The position numbers were made by a program, and so were the translations under genes. A stretch of 64,000 bases of DNA from Raja brachyura (taxonomy: Eukaryota). A model generated the notes under the pieces. It saw nothing but the letters and a program-made list of their open reading frames with translations, was not told the DNA's origin and did no database searches. This document shows positions 12,836-25,693 of this stretch, in pieces. The DNA is taken from contig OY740794.1 of NCBI GenBank assembly GCA_963514005.1, positions 17,670,001 through 17,734,000 on the forward strand, read 5' to 3'. How positions within the stretch are numbered: the stretch's first letter is position 1; each line of letters starts with the position of its first letter.

Positions 12836-14627
12836 AGCTCCTGTCTGCCAATCTGATCATGAGTCTTTGGTGCGAAACATGAACTCTGTTTCTTTCTTCA
12901 CAGTTGCTGTTTTGAAAGAGTTTAGTGAAGTAGAAGTTACAAAATGGATTCTGCTGTAGATTTAGAAGTTGCAAAATAGATGTATTCTATTACACTAGTG
13001 AGATTTCTGCACAAAAACACCAGGTGTCTTGTCCTATAATATAAACACTAGTGAGATGACAGCACAATAACATGAATGTTTTGCCTTTCTTCTATTACAC
13101 TCGCGAGTTTTCAGCACAATCACACTAGATATTTTGCTCTACGATATAAAAAAATCAGAAAGATATTCAGACAACTCGGTTCTTACCCTCTACTCTACAG
13201 ATAGTACTGTACAGACAATTAATCAACAAGGTCACAAAACAAGATTGCTTGAATCTGCAAAAAATAGCTCCTTCAGCTTAACCATATATGGGCTAACCTT
13301 TCCTCTATCGGAAGAACCTGTCAATCTTTGATATTAACCATATGTGGACAAGGCAAGAGGCTGTACAAAGCTCTGTAAGATAATTGCTGATTATTGGGGT
13401 ATATGTACATGTGATTGAACATTACATCTGTGTGTGGAATATGAGCAACTCTGTAGTCTGTGTTTACATACTAGAGTTGGCTCCCACACCCGCCTGGGCA
13501 TAATGAAGATGTTACTGTATTACTGATTTTTGTGTTGTTATCTGTTTGAAGCAAATCGGACTTCAACAGTTTGACCTGCTGAGTATTTCTAGCATTAACT
13601 TTCTTTTGTATTTCTCGCATCTACAATTCTTGCATTTAATTAAGAAAGTCTTTAATGGATCTTAAGAAAGTCTAAAAAAAAACCCAGCTACAGTACATGT
13701 CTGGTGACCCGTTTAACAAAGTACTACAAATTGCATGGCTCATAGCTGACATTCCCTCATCACCATTACCTCTGGAACGCATATTAACTGGGTTCTCCCT
13801 TATGCTAATCTGCTTCTGCTGAAGCCACGGCATGCCAAGGGGAATTTGGCAAAGGGAAGCAAATATAGACACTTTGATTCCACGATAAGGAAATGCAAAA
13901 ATGCCAAGTGCTTTTAACCTTCAGTGGCATCGTCGATTGGTAAAACTAGGCAGTAAAATGTTTCAAAGCTGTAACAAGCTAAAAGCAGAGCATAAACGCA
14001 TTGCATCTGCTGCTGGAAGGATCATGCTGTTCTTCCACAGCTCCCCACCTATTCCCAATGGCTGCGACGTAATCATAAGTGCACCACAGGGTCATTATTG
14101 GGTAAATAAATCCAATCTATCCCACTGACTCTCAGCAAGCAACCTTCGAATCTGCACCACTGGAAGCAACTTTTCTACATGTTATATTCACTCAAATTTG
14201 AACCGCGTTAAGATTAAAAATAGAATCTATTTTGATTCTTCCAGCAGTTTCACAATTTAATTCGTTTGCAATCAGCTTCTTTCTACAAATTACTTCTCAA
14301 ATTTTAATTCCCCCCAGATGTTCTATGCAACACAGAAGCCTGAAAACGTTATTGTTTTGATATTCCCTAAAACATTATGAAGGAATGTTCTTAAGCACTC
14401 CACAAATCATTTCAGGAGTTCAAACAAAAAAACTCTTTGGTAAAATGCCAGAAAACTGCCTAGAACTTTTAATTTTTTTTAAGTGTGGCTCAAATACCTT
14501 TTTTTCCCTTCATTCTACAACTAATACAATAGTTCAGCCAACTGAATTTCCAAACACCACAACTGCAGGTCTGAAATGTGATCCTCAATGTTCCAGACTT
14601 CCAGCAGATAATATTCTCTTCACTTAC

Positions 14628-14703
14628 TTGTCCCAAGTAACAAACGTTGCTCTCTGCGTTGAAATGCCTAGAGCTACCATCTGCTTCATATGCAAGTTTG
14701 AAG
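14628..14703 (-). CDS. GK5: GK5 coding exon 3 (ASNLHMKQMVALGISTQRATFVTWD)
   Basis: Not in the ORF track; translated by hand. Acceptor ttttgtttctag|, donor |gtaagt, 76 nt. Contains the GISTQRAT motif. Phases join exons 2 and 4. Confidence 0.95.
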
Positions 14704-14937
14704 CTAGAAACAAAAAAGTAACAGTCAGTATTTTAAGTTGAAATGCGGTTGACATTTTGACATTTTAAAAAAACAGCTGGTAGAGCCAGTGAGTCAGACA
14801 ACATCTGTGGAAGGATGGACACAAAGTGCTGGAGTAACTCAGCGAGTCAGGCACATCCTTAGAGAACATGCATAGGTGATACCTCGGGTCAGGACCCTTC
14901 TTCAGGCTGTCCATTTCCCTCCCTTCAGTAGGGTAAA

Positions 14938-15500
14938 ATTCAATTCAATTCAATTCAACTTTAATGTCATTGCACAAATACAAGTATGGGTACAACGAAA
15001 TGCAGTTTAGCGTCAGTTCGTAGTGATAGCAATATAGAAAATAAATACAGAATGCAGACAATGTGGACGAAGAGACTGGAGAAATCTATTGGCGGGACTC
15101 CGAGTTCAGCAGTGTGATGGTGTTATTGTAGAAGCTGTTCCTCATCCTACTAGAGCGGTACCTGAGGTTCCTGTACCGCCTCCCTGATGGTAGGAGGGCA
15201 AACAGTCCATGGTTAGGGTGTGAGGGGTCCTTGATGATCTTCCCGGCCTGTTTCAGACACCGTTTTCGGTGGAGGGCATCCATGGCAGGGAGCGGGGCAC
15301 CGATGATGTACTGAGCGGTTTTCACCACCCGTTGTAGTGCCTTCCTATCTGCCACGGTGCAACCGCTGTACCATATGGTCGATGGTACAGCGGTAAAAGT
15401 TGGTCAGGATCTGGGGGGGACAGGTGGGCTTTTTTGAGTCTCCTCAGGAAGTAAAGGCGCTGCTGCACCTTTTTGATCAGCTTGGAGGTGTTGAGGGACC
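14938..15500 (-). mobile_element. Rex1/Babar LINE 3' fragment
   Basis: QQRLYFLRRLKK, LQRVVKTA, DPSHP and LPSGRRYR motifs; (ttgaa)n tail. Confidence 0.88.
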
Positions 15501-16155
15501 GCAACGTGGACAGCAACGGACAGCAACGTTACTTCATTTGGTCGCCTTTACTTTGCTGTGGATTCCAGCATCATGGATCAGGATGGCAATCTAAGCTGGT
15601 CCCATTTGGCCAAGTTTGTCCCAAATCCCTTTCAATCTTTTCCATCCATATATCTGTTTAAATGATTTTTTTTATGAATGTTATCAGGCCTGCCTCAACT
15701 TCTTCATCTGGCAGCTCATTCTGTGTGGAAAACGTTGCATCTCAGGTTCCTAATAAATCCTTCTCACTCACCTTAAACATATGCCCTCTATTTCTTGATT
15801 CCTCTACCCATGATCACCCCTCAACTTTGTGCTCCTAGCCTGCTCAACCTCCCCATATCCAAATTACATTATTTAAGCCATTCCGTGGACGATTTGCCCT
15901 GATGATGAAGGACACTCTGCTGATGACAGTAAAATAGTTGGTATGGTGGACACTGAGGACTATAATCAAGAACTTACTAATTATGCTTTGCACATTTTCA
16001 TCCAAACCATTGATTCAAATGACAAACAGCAACACCCTCACTACCAAACCAAAGAATACCACTAGCCACAAACAACAATGGCCCCAGTTACCAAACCATC
16101 CTTTCACGACCACCCCCCTGCTTCCTACAAATGGACCTATCCTTTAATCTCACAT

Positions 16156-16451
16156 GTGTGGGAAAGAACTGCAGATGCTGGTTTAAATAGAAGGTAGACA
16201 CAAAATGCTGGAGTAAGTCAGCGGGTCAGGCAGCATCTCTGGAGAGAAGAATGGGTGACATTTCTGGTTGAGATCCTTCTTCAGACTCAGGGGAGATGGA
16301 GATATAGACGCATGTTTTCACATCTTACCCTTACCTATGTCTCACTCTCCCCAACTCAGACTGAAGAAGGGTCTCGACCCGAAGCGTCTCCCATTCCTTC
16401 TCTCTAGAGATGCTGCCTGACCCCTCGTGTTACTCCAGCATTTTGTGTCTA
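16156..16451. mobile_element. Palindromic Penelope-derived insertion
   Basis: Inverted arms with a hammerhead-like core on each strand. TSD CCTTTAATCTCACAT at 16141-16155 and 16452-16466. Confidence 0.82.
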
Positions 16452-17269
16452 CCTTTAATCTCACATAAATGAAAAGGTACAGGAAATGGTTACATTAAAT
16501 AATTGTGAAAGTTTTTAGTTTTGGAGTCACCACAACTGTAGCATGATAGCTCAATACAGTGCTTGTTTTGTAGACAAAGAGGTGCTGGTACGCATATTGG
16601 TACAGTGTGTGGTACATGGTGTGTCTCGTCACAAAATAAGCAATGGCTCTATATATTCTGTCGGATCCAATGGTTCTGCCCTGTGCAGTTCCAGTTGCAT
16701 GGTAGTGCAACATCACTGCACAGCACTTGCACAATAAATGTACTGCAAATTTGTCCTAAAGTTTCAGGCTTTGCACAGTTATTTTTAGCTTTACAAAATA
16801 AGCTCTGAAAATGCTTCCAGCATAACCCAATGTACAGCTCTTAATTCAGAACATGGAGTTGAAGTTGCACGTAATGGTTTTCAGTTCCATCTCACTAGAG
16901 TTTAAATCCAGAGAGAGCAGCAGACTGTACAATGGGGTTGAACACAGAATCATATCCAAGGCTCCTTTGCACAGTGAGCTCCTGGGCCTGGCCCAAGCTA
17001 AAGGAATAATAACCAAACACAGCTGGAAGAATGACAAGAAGCTTCTTCCAAGCTAGTGTGAATTAGTATTGGAAATCAATGTTGCATACTTATTTGGCAT
17101 GACATGAATTTTACCACTGTGGTTGATGTGGTTAATTCAAGAAGTGAAAGTCACTGGAGTAACAGTCGAATGTTAGATATGGTGATCACGAATCTACTGG
17201 ACTATTGTGAAACCCATCCAATCACTAGTATACGTCAAGGGAGGAAATTACTGGTGAACACTGGCCCTA

Positions 17270-18085
17270 TCAAGATACAAGATACATTTATTTGTCACAT
17301 GTGCCAGATGGCACAGTGAAATGAATCACCATACAGCCACACACGAAAATAAAGAACACAACACACGATAGAGTTCAACATAAAATATCCCCACACAGCA
17401 GAATCAAAAGTACCCCAATGTGAGGGAAGACACCAAAGTCAGTCTCTTCTTCGATGCTCTCCTGTGGTCGGGGCCTCCGGAGCCCTCCGCAGTCGCCGCT
17501 ACGGGCAGCTCGCCGCTCAGGCCCGCTCGGCGGGATGATGCAAGTTCGACCTCAGGACTGGAGGCCAACCTCAGCGGCTTGGACCTCCAAAACGGCCGCT
17601 TCCCACCAGAGTCCGCAGCTCCCGACGTCCCCCAGGCCGTGCCGGATGGAGACTCCCGCTGGCGGCCCTCGGCAAAGGGCCCCAGGACTCGGCAATGTCG
17701 CCCGCATTGGGAGCTTCTCGACCCCAGCTCCATGATGTTGGAGCAGCAGGCCCAACGCTCGGAGCTCCAACGGCGATCCAGTTAGGCATCGCCCGCTCCG
17801 TGGTGAATTCAGCGCTGCGCCGCCACTGTTGCAGCTCTGGTCCGGTTCCCGTTCCCCGGCAGGAAAGGCCGCTCCGATCCAGGTGGTAGGCCGCGAGGAA
17901 GGGGGCGAGGACGCGACTTGGAGAAATAGTCTCGTCCCCGCCAGGAAGCGACTGGGAGACAGTTTCCCCCTTACCCTGCCCCCCTCCCCCACATAGAAAA
18001 GCTAAAGTAACCCCAAAACAAACAATTTAGACAAACTAAAATTAAAAGAAAGGGAAAAAACGGACAATCCCCGAACTCTATCTCC
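17270..18085 (-). mobile_element. GC/CpG-rich non-autonomous retroposon
   Basis: Minus-strand 3' end atttcactg...gtgacaaataaa + (tcttg)n-like tail. The 5' block is homologous to 22756-22875. Confidence 0.7.
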
Positions 18086-18089
18086 GTAA

Positions 18090-19345
18090 CATTGCCGGCT
18101 GCTACCTCTTGCACCCATGCAGAACTCACGGACTTCATCAACTTCACCACCAATTTCCATCCTGCACTCAAATTTACTTGGACCATCTCCCTCCCCTTTC
18201 TTGATCTCAGACTCCATCACACAAAATGGACTATCGACAGACGTCTGTAACAAACCCACTGACTCCCACAACTACGCTTCTTCCCACCCTGTTTCTGGCA
18301 AGGACTCTATCCCCTACTCCCAATTCCTCCGTCTACGCCGCTTCTGCGCTGAAGAGGAGGTGTTCCATACCAGGACATCCGAGATGTCCTCATTCTTTCA
18401 GGAAAGGGTATTCTGCTCTCCCATCATAGATGAGGCCCTCGCTTATATCTCCTCAGTACTCCGCAGCTCTGCCCTTGTTCCCCCTCCCTCTAGGCGCAAT
18501 AGAGTCCCTCAAGTCCTTACCTTACACCCCGTCACATTCAACACATAATCCTCCAAAATTTTCGCCACCATCAACGGGATCCCAACACCAGTTATATCTT
18601 CCCATTTCCACCCCTTTCTGCCTTCCGCAGAGACCGTTCCCTCCGCCTCTCCCTAGTCAACTCATCCCTTCCAACCCAAACCACATCCTCCCCAGGTACC
18701 TTCCCCTGCAACCGCAGAATATGCGACACCTGTCCCTATGCCTCCTCCCTCGACTCTGTCCAGGGGCCCCGACAGCCCTTTCAGGTTAGGCAGAGGTTCA
18801 CTTGCACCATCTCCAAGCTCATCTACTGTATCCGTTGTTCAAGATGTAGACTCTTACACATTGGCAGGACCAAACGTAGACTGGGCGATCGTTTCACTGA
18901 ACACCTTCGCTCGGCCCGCCTGAGCCTACCCGATCTCCAGGTTGTTAAATACTTTAATTCTCCTTCCATTACCACACAGACGTTTATGTCCTAGGCCTCC
19001 TCCATTCTCAGAGTGAGGCTAAACGCAAATTGGAGGAACGGGATCTCATATTTAGCCTGGGCAGCTTACAGCCCAGTGGTACGAATATTTATTTCTCTCC
19101 CTCCCTCTCAAGTCACACTATCTTCTCGTTATCACCTAACCAACACCTAACCAATGGCCTGTTTTCTTTTTCATCGTTACTTTTTTGCATTTCTTTCATT
19201 CATTGTTCTTTATCACTCAACATCATTGTCTATATCTCTCGTCTCGCTTATCCCTAAACAGTCTGACGAAGGGTCTCGACCCGAAACGTCACCCATTCCT
19301 TCTCTCCAGAGATGCTGATTTACTCTGCCTTTTTGTGTCTATCTT
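18090..19345 (+). mobile_element. Penelope-like element 3' part (RT thumb + GIY-YIG endonuclease + hammerhead-bearing end)
   Basis: PFLD, KPTDSH and SSHP...IPYSQFLRLRR motifs. GIY-YIG-like LIYCIRC...HIGRTKRRLGDRF at ~18818-18900. Core CTGACGA-AGGGTCTCGACCC-GAAACGTC at 19263-19290. Confidence 0.88.
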
Positions 19346-19553
19346 CGAGGAAATTCATACTTTTTTTTACCAATGTGGACATTGTGACTACTTCAGAATT
19401 GAGGCCTCGCAATGTAGTTAACTTTTAAATAGTCCTTCAAAACTGCATGACAAGCCACTGAATTTATACAATTAATTATATTCAAGGGATTGGAACGTCA
19501 TTGACCAGTAAAACAAAAAGCAAAGGAAACTTGATGTAAAATCTTCCACTTAC

Positions 19554-19647
19554 CTTCCACTGCCTCTTTCACAACAGCAACAAACTGTTCAAACATCATT
19601 TCTGGATCGATTTCAACCCATCCAGGTTTGGGATACAATATCTCTAT
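19554..19647 (-). CDS. GK5: GK5 coding exon 2 (IEILYPKPGWVEIDPEMMFEQFVAVVKEAVE)
   Basis: Acceptor ttcccacag|, donor |gtaagt, 94 nt. PGWVEIDP motif is typical of glycerol kinases. Phase 0 in, phase 1 out. Confidence 0.95.
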
Positions 19648-19739
19648 CTGTGGGAAGAACAATAGGCAACAGTCAAACAGAGAAAGGACATTTATGGAAA
19701 ACAATGTGTACCATTTTACAGTCTGTCACTTTATTTAAT

Positions 19740-20310
19740 CCAGGCTAGTCCCTCAAGGCAATGCCTTGGGCCCAAACATCTTCAGCTGTTTCATCACTGA
19801 CGGTCCTTCCATTAGATGATCAGATGAGGAGATATTTTCTGATGATTATATAATGCTCAAGTCCATTCACAGCTCCTCAGCAAGAGCCTCCGCCATCCCC
19901 GTGTGCAGGAAGATCTACTCGATAAATAACATCAGTGCCACTAAATGTGTCAGGGACCGGCCATGCCCAGCGAGAGTTGAACTCCCTGCCCTGAATTATC
20001 ATCACTAGGTCCCACATAAACAACATCTGTTTGAGCAAGCTCTGACCAGAAAGTCAACCGGACCAACCACAAAAATACCACAGCTACATGCACTCGTCAG
20101 AGATTGGGTCTCTCCTGGTAAGTTATTCATCTCCTAAAAGCGCAAGATCTCATCACCTTCAGTACGGCAATTCTCTGCTTATCCAGTGAATACAACACCA
20201 AGGCTGCTTGACTGGACAAAGTGGTCAACTAGATCGGCATCATATTTACCACTTGAATAGTCAATGATGTTGTGGCTATAGTTTCCACTATCTACAAAAC
20301 ACACTGCAGT
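19740..20310 (+). mobile_element. Ancient CR1-like RT remnant (similar remnant at ~42840-43590)
   Basis: Degenerate PQG..LGP.IFS.FI.D block, heavily mutated. Confidence 0.5.
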
Positions 20311-20329
20311 TACTGCATACACATTCCAC

Positions 20330-20820
20330 TTCTCCGTGGATTGTCACCTTGTCATGGTGGAGAACCTTGTGTGGTCCTCAGAACGATGCCGTCTGTAGCT
20401 ATGCTCCTGGTAGGGCCACCCATGGCAGTAAGGTCGAGGGGGAGGTCTCTGACAAAGAGCAATCCAACCAAGACCTCAACAGTGGAACAGGCGGAGGACA
20501 ATAGCTGACTTTAGTGGAGCGTCACAACAGCTGGGAAGGCGGATGAAGGCTGCAGCAGAAAAGGGTCTCCGGTCATAGAAACATAGAAAATAGGTGCAGG
20601 AGGCAGCCATTCGGCCCTTCAAGCCAGCACCGCCATTCATTGTGATCATGGCTGATCATCCCCATATCACTGGATCCCGACCCAGATCTGTCAAAAGGAC
20701 CGTGGAGTGGCTGTTTGTGCACCAGTCTCCCCACGTTAAACAAAGTTAGGCACAGGCATCCTCCATATAGGGAATAGCACCCATTGTCAGCCATGACCGA
20801 AGGGGGCCTAAGAAGAAGAG
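20330..20820 (+). mobile_element. RTE-clade (Rex3/Expander-like) non-autonomous element with a CR1 3' piece inserted (~20573-20660)
   Basis: Resembles, from memory, RTE 5' UTRs (ccttgtcatggtggag...tagggccacccatgg...tctgacaaagagc). Ends in (aag)n. Confidence 0.55.
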
Positions 20821-22630
20821 ACTGAACTATACGATTCTATACAAATCACAGCAGCAGAGAAAGTTCGAGAAATAACAAATCTGGAATTAACTGGACTCAC
20901 TTGAACATATGAGGATTGATTAGAAGCAAAAAAAAAAAAACTGCTGGAGGAATTCAGTGGGTTTACCAGCACCCGTGGATGGGGGTGCGAGAGAAATTGT
21001 TGACTTTACGGATCGGCACTCTACAGCAGGACTAATGCAGGGTCTCAAAACTAAAAGCTGACAACTCTGTCTCCTTCTCCTCCTCCCCCGTCCCTCCCAT
21101 CCCCTCCCTCCCATTGACGCTGCTTGGCAAACTGAGTTTCTTAAGTAGGATATATTTTGCCTCAGATTCCAGCAATTGCAATATCCTGTGTCTCTTGAAA
21201 GTTAATTTCAAAGTTTATGATGGATTTGTCTAATCTGAAAGATTTTTTTGATGAAATGCAGTGCCCTCCATAATGTTTGGGACAAAGACCCATCATTTGT
21301 ATATTTGCCTCTGTACTCCACAATTTGAGATTTGTAATAGAAAAAAATCACGTGTGGTTAAAGTGCACATTGTCAGATTTTAATAAAGGGTATTTGTATA
21401 CATTTTGGTTTCACCATGTAGAAATTACAGCTGTGTTTATACATTGCCTCCTTAATGCAGGTAGAGAGCTCTCAGCACCTTGTCTTTCATCTAGTCTTGG
21501 AAACTTTTATTGCTGTTTATCAACATTACGACCAAAGTTATGCAATGGAAGTCAAAGAAGCCATTATGAGACCGAGGAACAAGAATAAAACTGTGAGAGA
21601 CATCAGCCAAACCTTAGGCTTACCAAAATCAACTGTTTGGAACATCATTAAGACGAAAGACCACTGGTGAGCTTACTAATCGCAAAGGGACTGGCAGGCC
21701 AAGACCTCCACAGCTGATGACAGAAGAATTCTCTCCATAATAAAGAAAAATCCCCAAACACCTGTCCGACAGATCAGAAACACTCTTCAGAAGTCAGTTG
21801 AGGATTTGTCAATGACCACTGTCCACAGAAGACTTCATGAACAGAAATACAGAGGCTACACTGCAAGATACAAACCACTGGTTAGCTGCAAAAATAGGAT
21901 GGCCAGGTTACTGGTTGCCAAGAAGTACTTAAAAGAGCAACCACAGTTCTGGAAAAAGGTCTTGTGGACAGATAAGACAAAGATTAATTTATATCAGAGA
22001 GCAAAGTATGGAGAAGAGAAGGAACTGCCCAAGATCCAAAGCATACCACCTCATCTGTGAAACACAGTGGTGGGGGTGTTATGGCCTGGGCATGTATGAC
22101 TGCCGAACGTACTGGCTCACTTAATGTCATTGATGATACAACTGCTGATGGTAGTAGCATAATGAATTCTGAGGTGTATAGACACATCCTATCTGCTCAA
22201 GTTCAAACAAATGCCTCAAAACTCATTGGCCAGCGGTTCATTCTACAGCAAGACAATGATCCCAAACATACTGCTAAAGCACAAAGGAGTTTTTCAAAGC
22301 TAAAAAATTGTAGATTCTTGAGTGGCCAAGTCAATCACCCGATCTGAACCCAATTGAGCATGCCTTTTATATGCTGCTTTAAGGCTAGGGTGCATAAGGA
22401 GGTGGAGTCGCCATAATGTTTAATGACTCACTCCAATGCAAGCAGATATTGTATCAAAATGTTGCTTCTTTTGAGTATGTGGCTCTTCAGCTGAGTTCAT
22501 CCTCTCGAGGAGCTATGTTCCTAAATATCTACAGGCCACCTAAATACTGTGCAAGCTTCTTTGATGAGTTTACTGAACTGCCGTCCATAATCTGTATTGA
22601 CTTTGATTGTGTAGTTATTGTTGGTGATTC

Positions 22631-23540
22631 TAGGTCGGTGAGGGCTCTGCGAGCCGGCAGCCCTGCCAGCGGCATGTTCGTTTGTTCTACTTTTGTTTTT
22701 TTTTTAAAGTGTGTCTCAATGTGTGTTTTTAATGTTTCTCTGTGCGTCTTGCGTGTGGGGGTAAGGGAGAAACCGCTTCAGTCGTCTCCTCCACGGAGAG
22801 GCGACTTTTTCCATGTCGCCTCCCCCGTGGCCTAGCATCGAGGATCGGTGCGGCCTTTCCCGGAGACGCGCCCGGGGCTTCAGCTGCGGGCGCAGCACGG
22901 ACTCTTTCATCGTGGAGCGGGCGAGTCCTCGCCAGGGGTCGCCGGAGGGGAGCGCTCTGTTCGCCGGCCCACGGCATTCTGAAGCCGTAGTCTGCAGAGC
23001 TCCATCTGGCGCGGCGTCTGGAACCTGGGATCCCTCGTTGGGGACCCCGGAGGAGAAGAGTTCTGACTGCCGGCCCGCAGCCTACTTCTAACCGTGGGTG
23101 CGGCGGGGACTTGCCATCCGGAGCGGGATCCCTCGCCGGGGATCCCTGGAGAGGAGCTTCGACTGCCGGCCCTGCAGTCTGTGGTGCTTCTGGCTGCAGC
23201 GCGGCTGGGACTTTAGATTTTTGACCGCCGGCCTGCGGCCTACACCATCTTGAAGCCGCGGTCTCCGGTGGGAAGGCACCGATTCAGGACTTACCTTGTC
23301 TGTACATCTGGACGCCCACAGCGGCGACTGCGGTGGGTTATGGTCCCGACCATGGGGGAAAATGGAGGAGGACTGACCAAATGTTGTGCCTTCCACCACA
23401 GTGATGAATGCTGTGGTGGATGTTTGTGTTCAATTTTTATTGTGTACCGTGTGTTCTTTTTTTAAATTGTACCGCTGCTGGCAAATTAATTTCACTGCAC
23501 TTTATGTGGACGTGACGAATAAAACTTGGCTTGACTTGAT
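22631..23540 (+). mobile_element. GC/CpG-rich non-autonomous retroposon inserted in the L2
   Basis: Interrupts the L2 at the GD|FNI codons. Ends in tttcactg...gtgacgaataaa + (cttga)n. Homologous to 17270-18085 and 6940-7510. Confidence 0.7.
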
Positions 23541-24839
23541 TTTAACATTCAATGTCGACAACTCCCAGGACAGAGGGACTAAAGAACTTTGTGTTCTTGA
23601 TAACTACGGACTGACTCAGCATGTGACAGAGCCCACACACAACAAGGGGCACACTCTGGACAATTATCTCCAAGGGTCTGAACATTTCCAAGGTTGTGGT
23701 GACTGATGTTGCTCCCTGTGATCATTCCTGTGTTTTCTTTGACAGCACTATCTCCGTGCACACCAATGTTCAAAACGAGATAGTCACTAAACGGTATATC
23801 AGTGAACCATTTATTCGGCTTTTCCCTTCCACACCCGCCCTCTCTTGGCTCTCAGTTAATGAGCTTGTAGATCATTTCAATTACAAAATTACAAATGTTA
23901 TTGATGCCGTTGCACCCACTAAGGTGAAGGCTGTCTCTAGTAAGAAAAGATCTCCATGGAGAAATGCCACACGGGTAAGAACAAAAAAGAGTGTCAAACA
24001 GCTGAACGCAGGTGGCGAGAAACAAATCTCCAGGATCACTATGACATCTATAGGGAAAGACTTGGCTTTTAAGGCTTGGAGCTGAGAAATGCAAGGCAGT
24101 CCTTCTTCTCCAACATCATCGCCAAAAACAATAATAATGCACGTGCCTCGTTTGCTACTGTCGACAGGCCAACAAACATTCCCGTGTCAGTGGCCTCTGA
24201 ACTTCTTCCCACCAGGGCCCACAATGAATTTGCCTCCTTCTTCACTGACAAAATTCAGAAAATTAGACAAGCAATCAGTGCCTCCATATCAGGTACAGGA
24301 TGTGTGTCGTCCGTGTGTCCACCGAAAACCGATTTAAATGGCATGACACAATTTTGTGCAATCAGCCATAAAAACCTGGAGGACATTATACAACATCTGA
24401 AATCCTCCTCATGCTGCCCTGATATTCTGCCAATAGGATTTTTCAAAAAATGTTTCAAATTATTTGGCCTCACATCTTCTATAAATCGTAAACACGTCAC
24501 TTCTCTCAGGTGCCTTCCAAAAGGCCCTGAAAACTGCAGTCATCAAGCCACTCGTAAAAACGAACAATCTAGACACGTCACTAATGTGCCATTACAGGCC
24601 CAAATCAAACCGTCCATTTTTAAGTAAAATGGTTGAAAAAGCTGTTTTTCAACAATTAACTTTTTGTCACCAAACACCTGTTTTGATGTCTTCCAGTCAG
24701 GTTTTTGACCACACCACAGCACCAAGACTGCTCTTGTTAAGGTCTTCAATGACATCCACTTAAATACAGACAGTGGCAACATTTCAGTCTTAGTATTACT
24801 GGATCTCAGTGCTGCATTTGACACGTCGACCACACCACA

Positions 24840-25693
24840 TTATTTATTTTTAATTTATTTCAAAATAGACTTTATTCAAGTAATAAATATATACGTGAAC
24901 CATGCAAAAAATTCATGCGACATTTTCGGAGGCTATACAAATAGTTCAATAGTCTCTACGTTTCTCAAATCTGTCCCCCTCCCGTGCCACTTATGTGGCC
25001 CCCTGGTGTGGGATACCTTCCCTTATTTTGAGGGGCATCTCCACCATATCCCCCCATGTCCAGCAGCGGAAGGACCCTAGACTGTGGCCCTCCCCCACCC
25101 ATTACTTTTCTCTTTATTTATTTTATTTTTTTTTTAATTTCAAAATAGACTTTATTCAAGTAATAAATATATACAATACATCAACCGTGCGAAAAATCCA
25201 TCCGACATTTTCGGAGGCTATACAAATTGTTCCATACAGTCTATACATTTTTCAAATTTCGCAAATCGATCCCCCACCCGTGCCACTCATGTGGCCCCCC
25301 GGCATGGGATACCTTCCCTTAGTTTGAGGGGCATCTCCACCATACCGTGCCCCCCATGTCCAGCAGCGGAAGGACCTTAGACTGTGGCCCTCCCCCACCG
25401 AGCCTTGGCATTGGCTGCACCGAGCTTCAGTGCGTCCCTCAGCACGTACTCCTGCAGTCTGCAGTGGGCCAGTCGGCAACATTCCCCGATGGACACCTCG
25501 CTCTGCTGGGTGGTGAACAACGCTCGGGCAGACCAGAGAGCGTCTTTCACTGAGTTGATAACCCTCCAGCAGCACTCGATGTCAGTCTCTGAATGTGTCC
25601 CTGGGAACAGTCCGTAAATCACAGAGTCCTCTGTGACGGAGCTGTTTGGAATAAAGTGTACCAGGGACCCTTGCATTTTTCTCCAGACTGGGC
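24840..25693 (-). mobile_element. Tx1/L1-clade LINE 3' fragment with duplicated 3' end
   Basis: ORF 25377-25775 (IYGLFPG...VKDALWSAR...YVLRD...W) resembles Tx1 ORF2 C-termini. The 3' UTR with polyA signal and A-rich tail occurs twice (~24840-25100 and ~25110-25400). Confidence 0.75.

Noticed and set aside
12986-13130. CRISPR-like repeat-spacer array
   Set aside because: Only three poorly conserved units in a eukaryotic intron; no cas genes.
17404-17992. Overlapping ORFs on both strands (also 22716-23465 and 6881-7367)
   Set aside because: GC-rich repeat sequence lacks stops by composition, and the frames are not conserved between family members.
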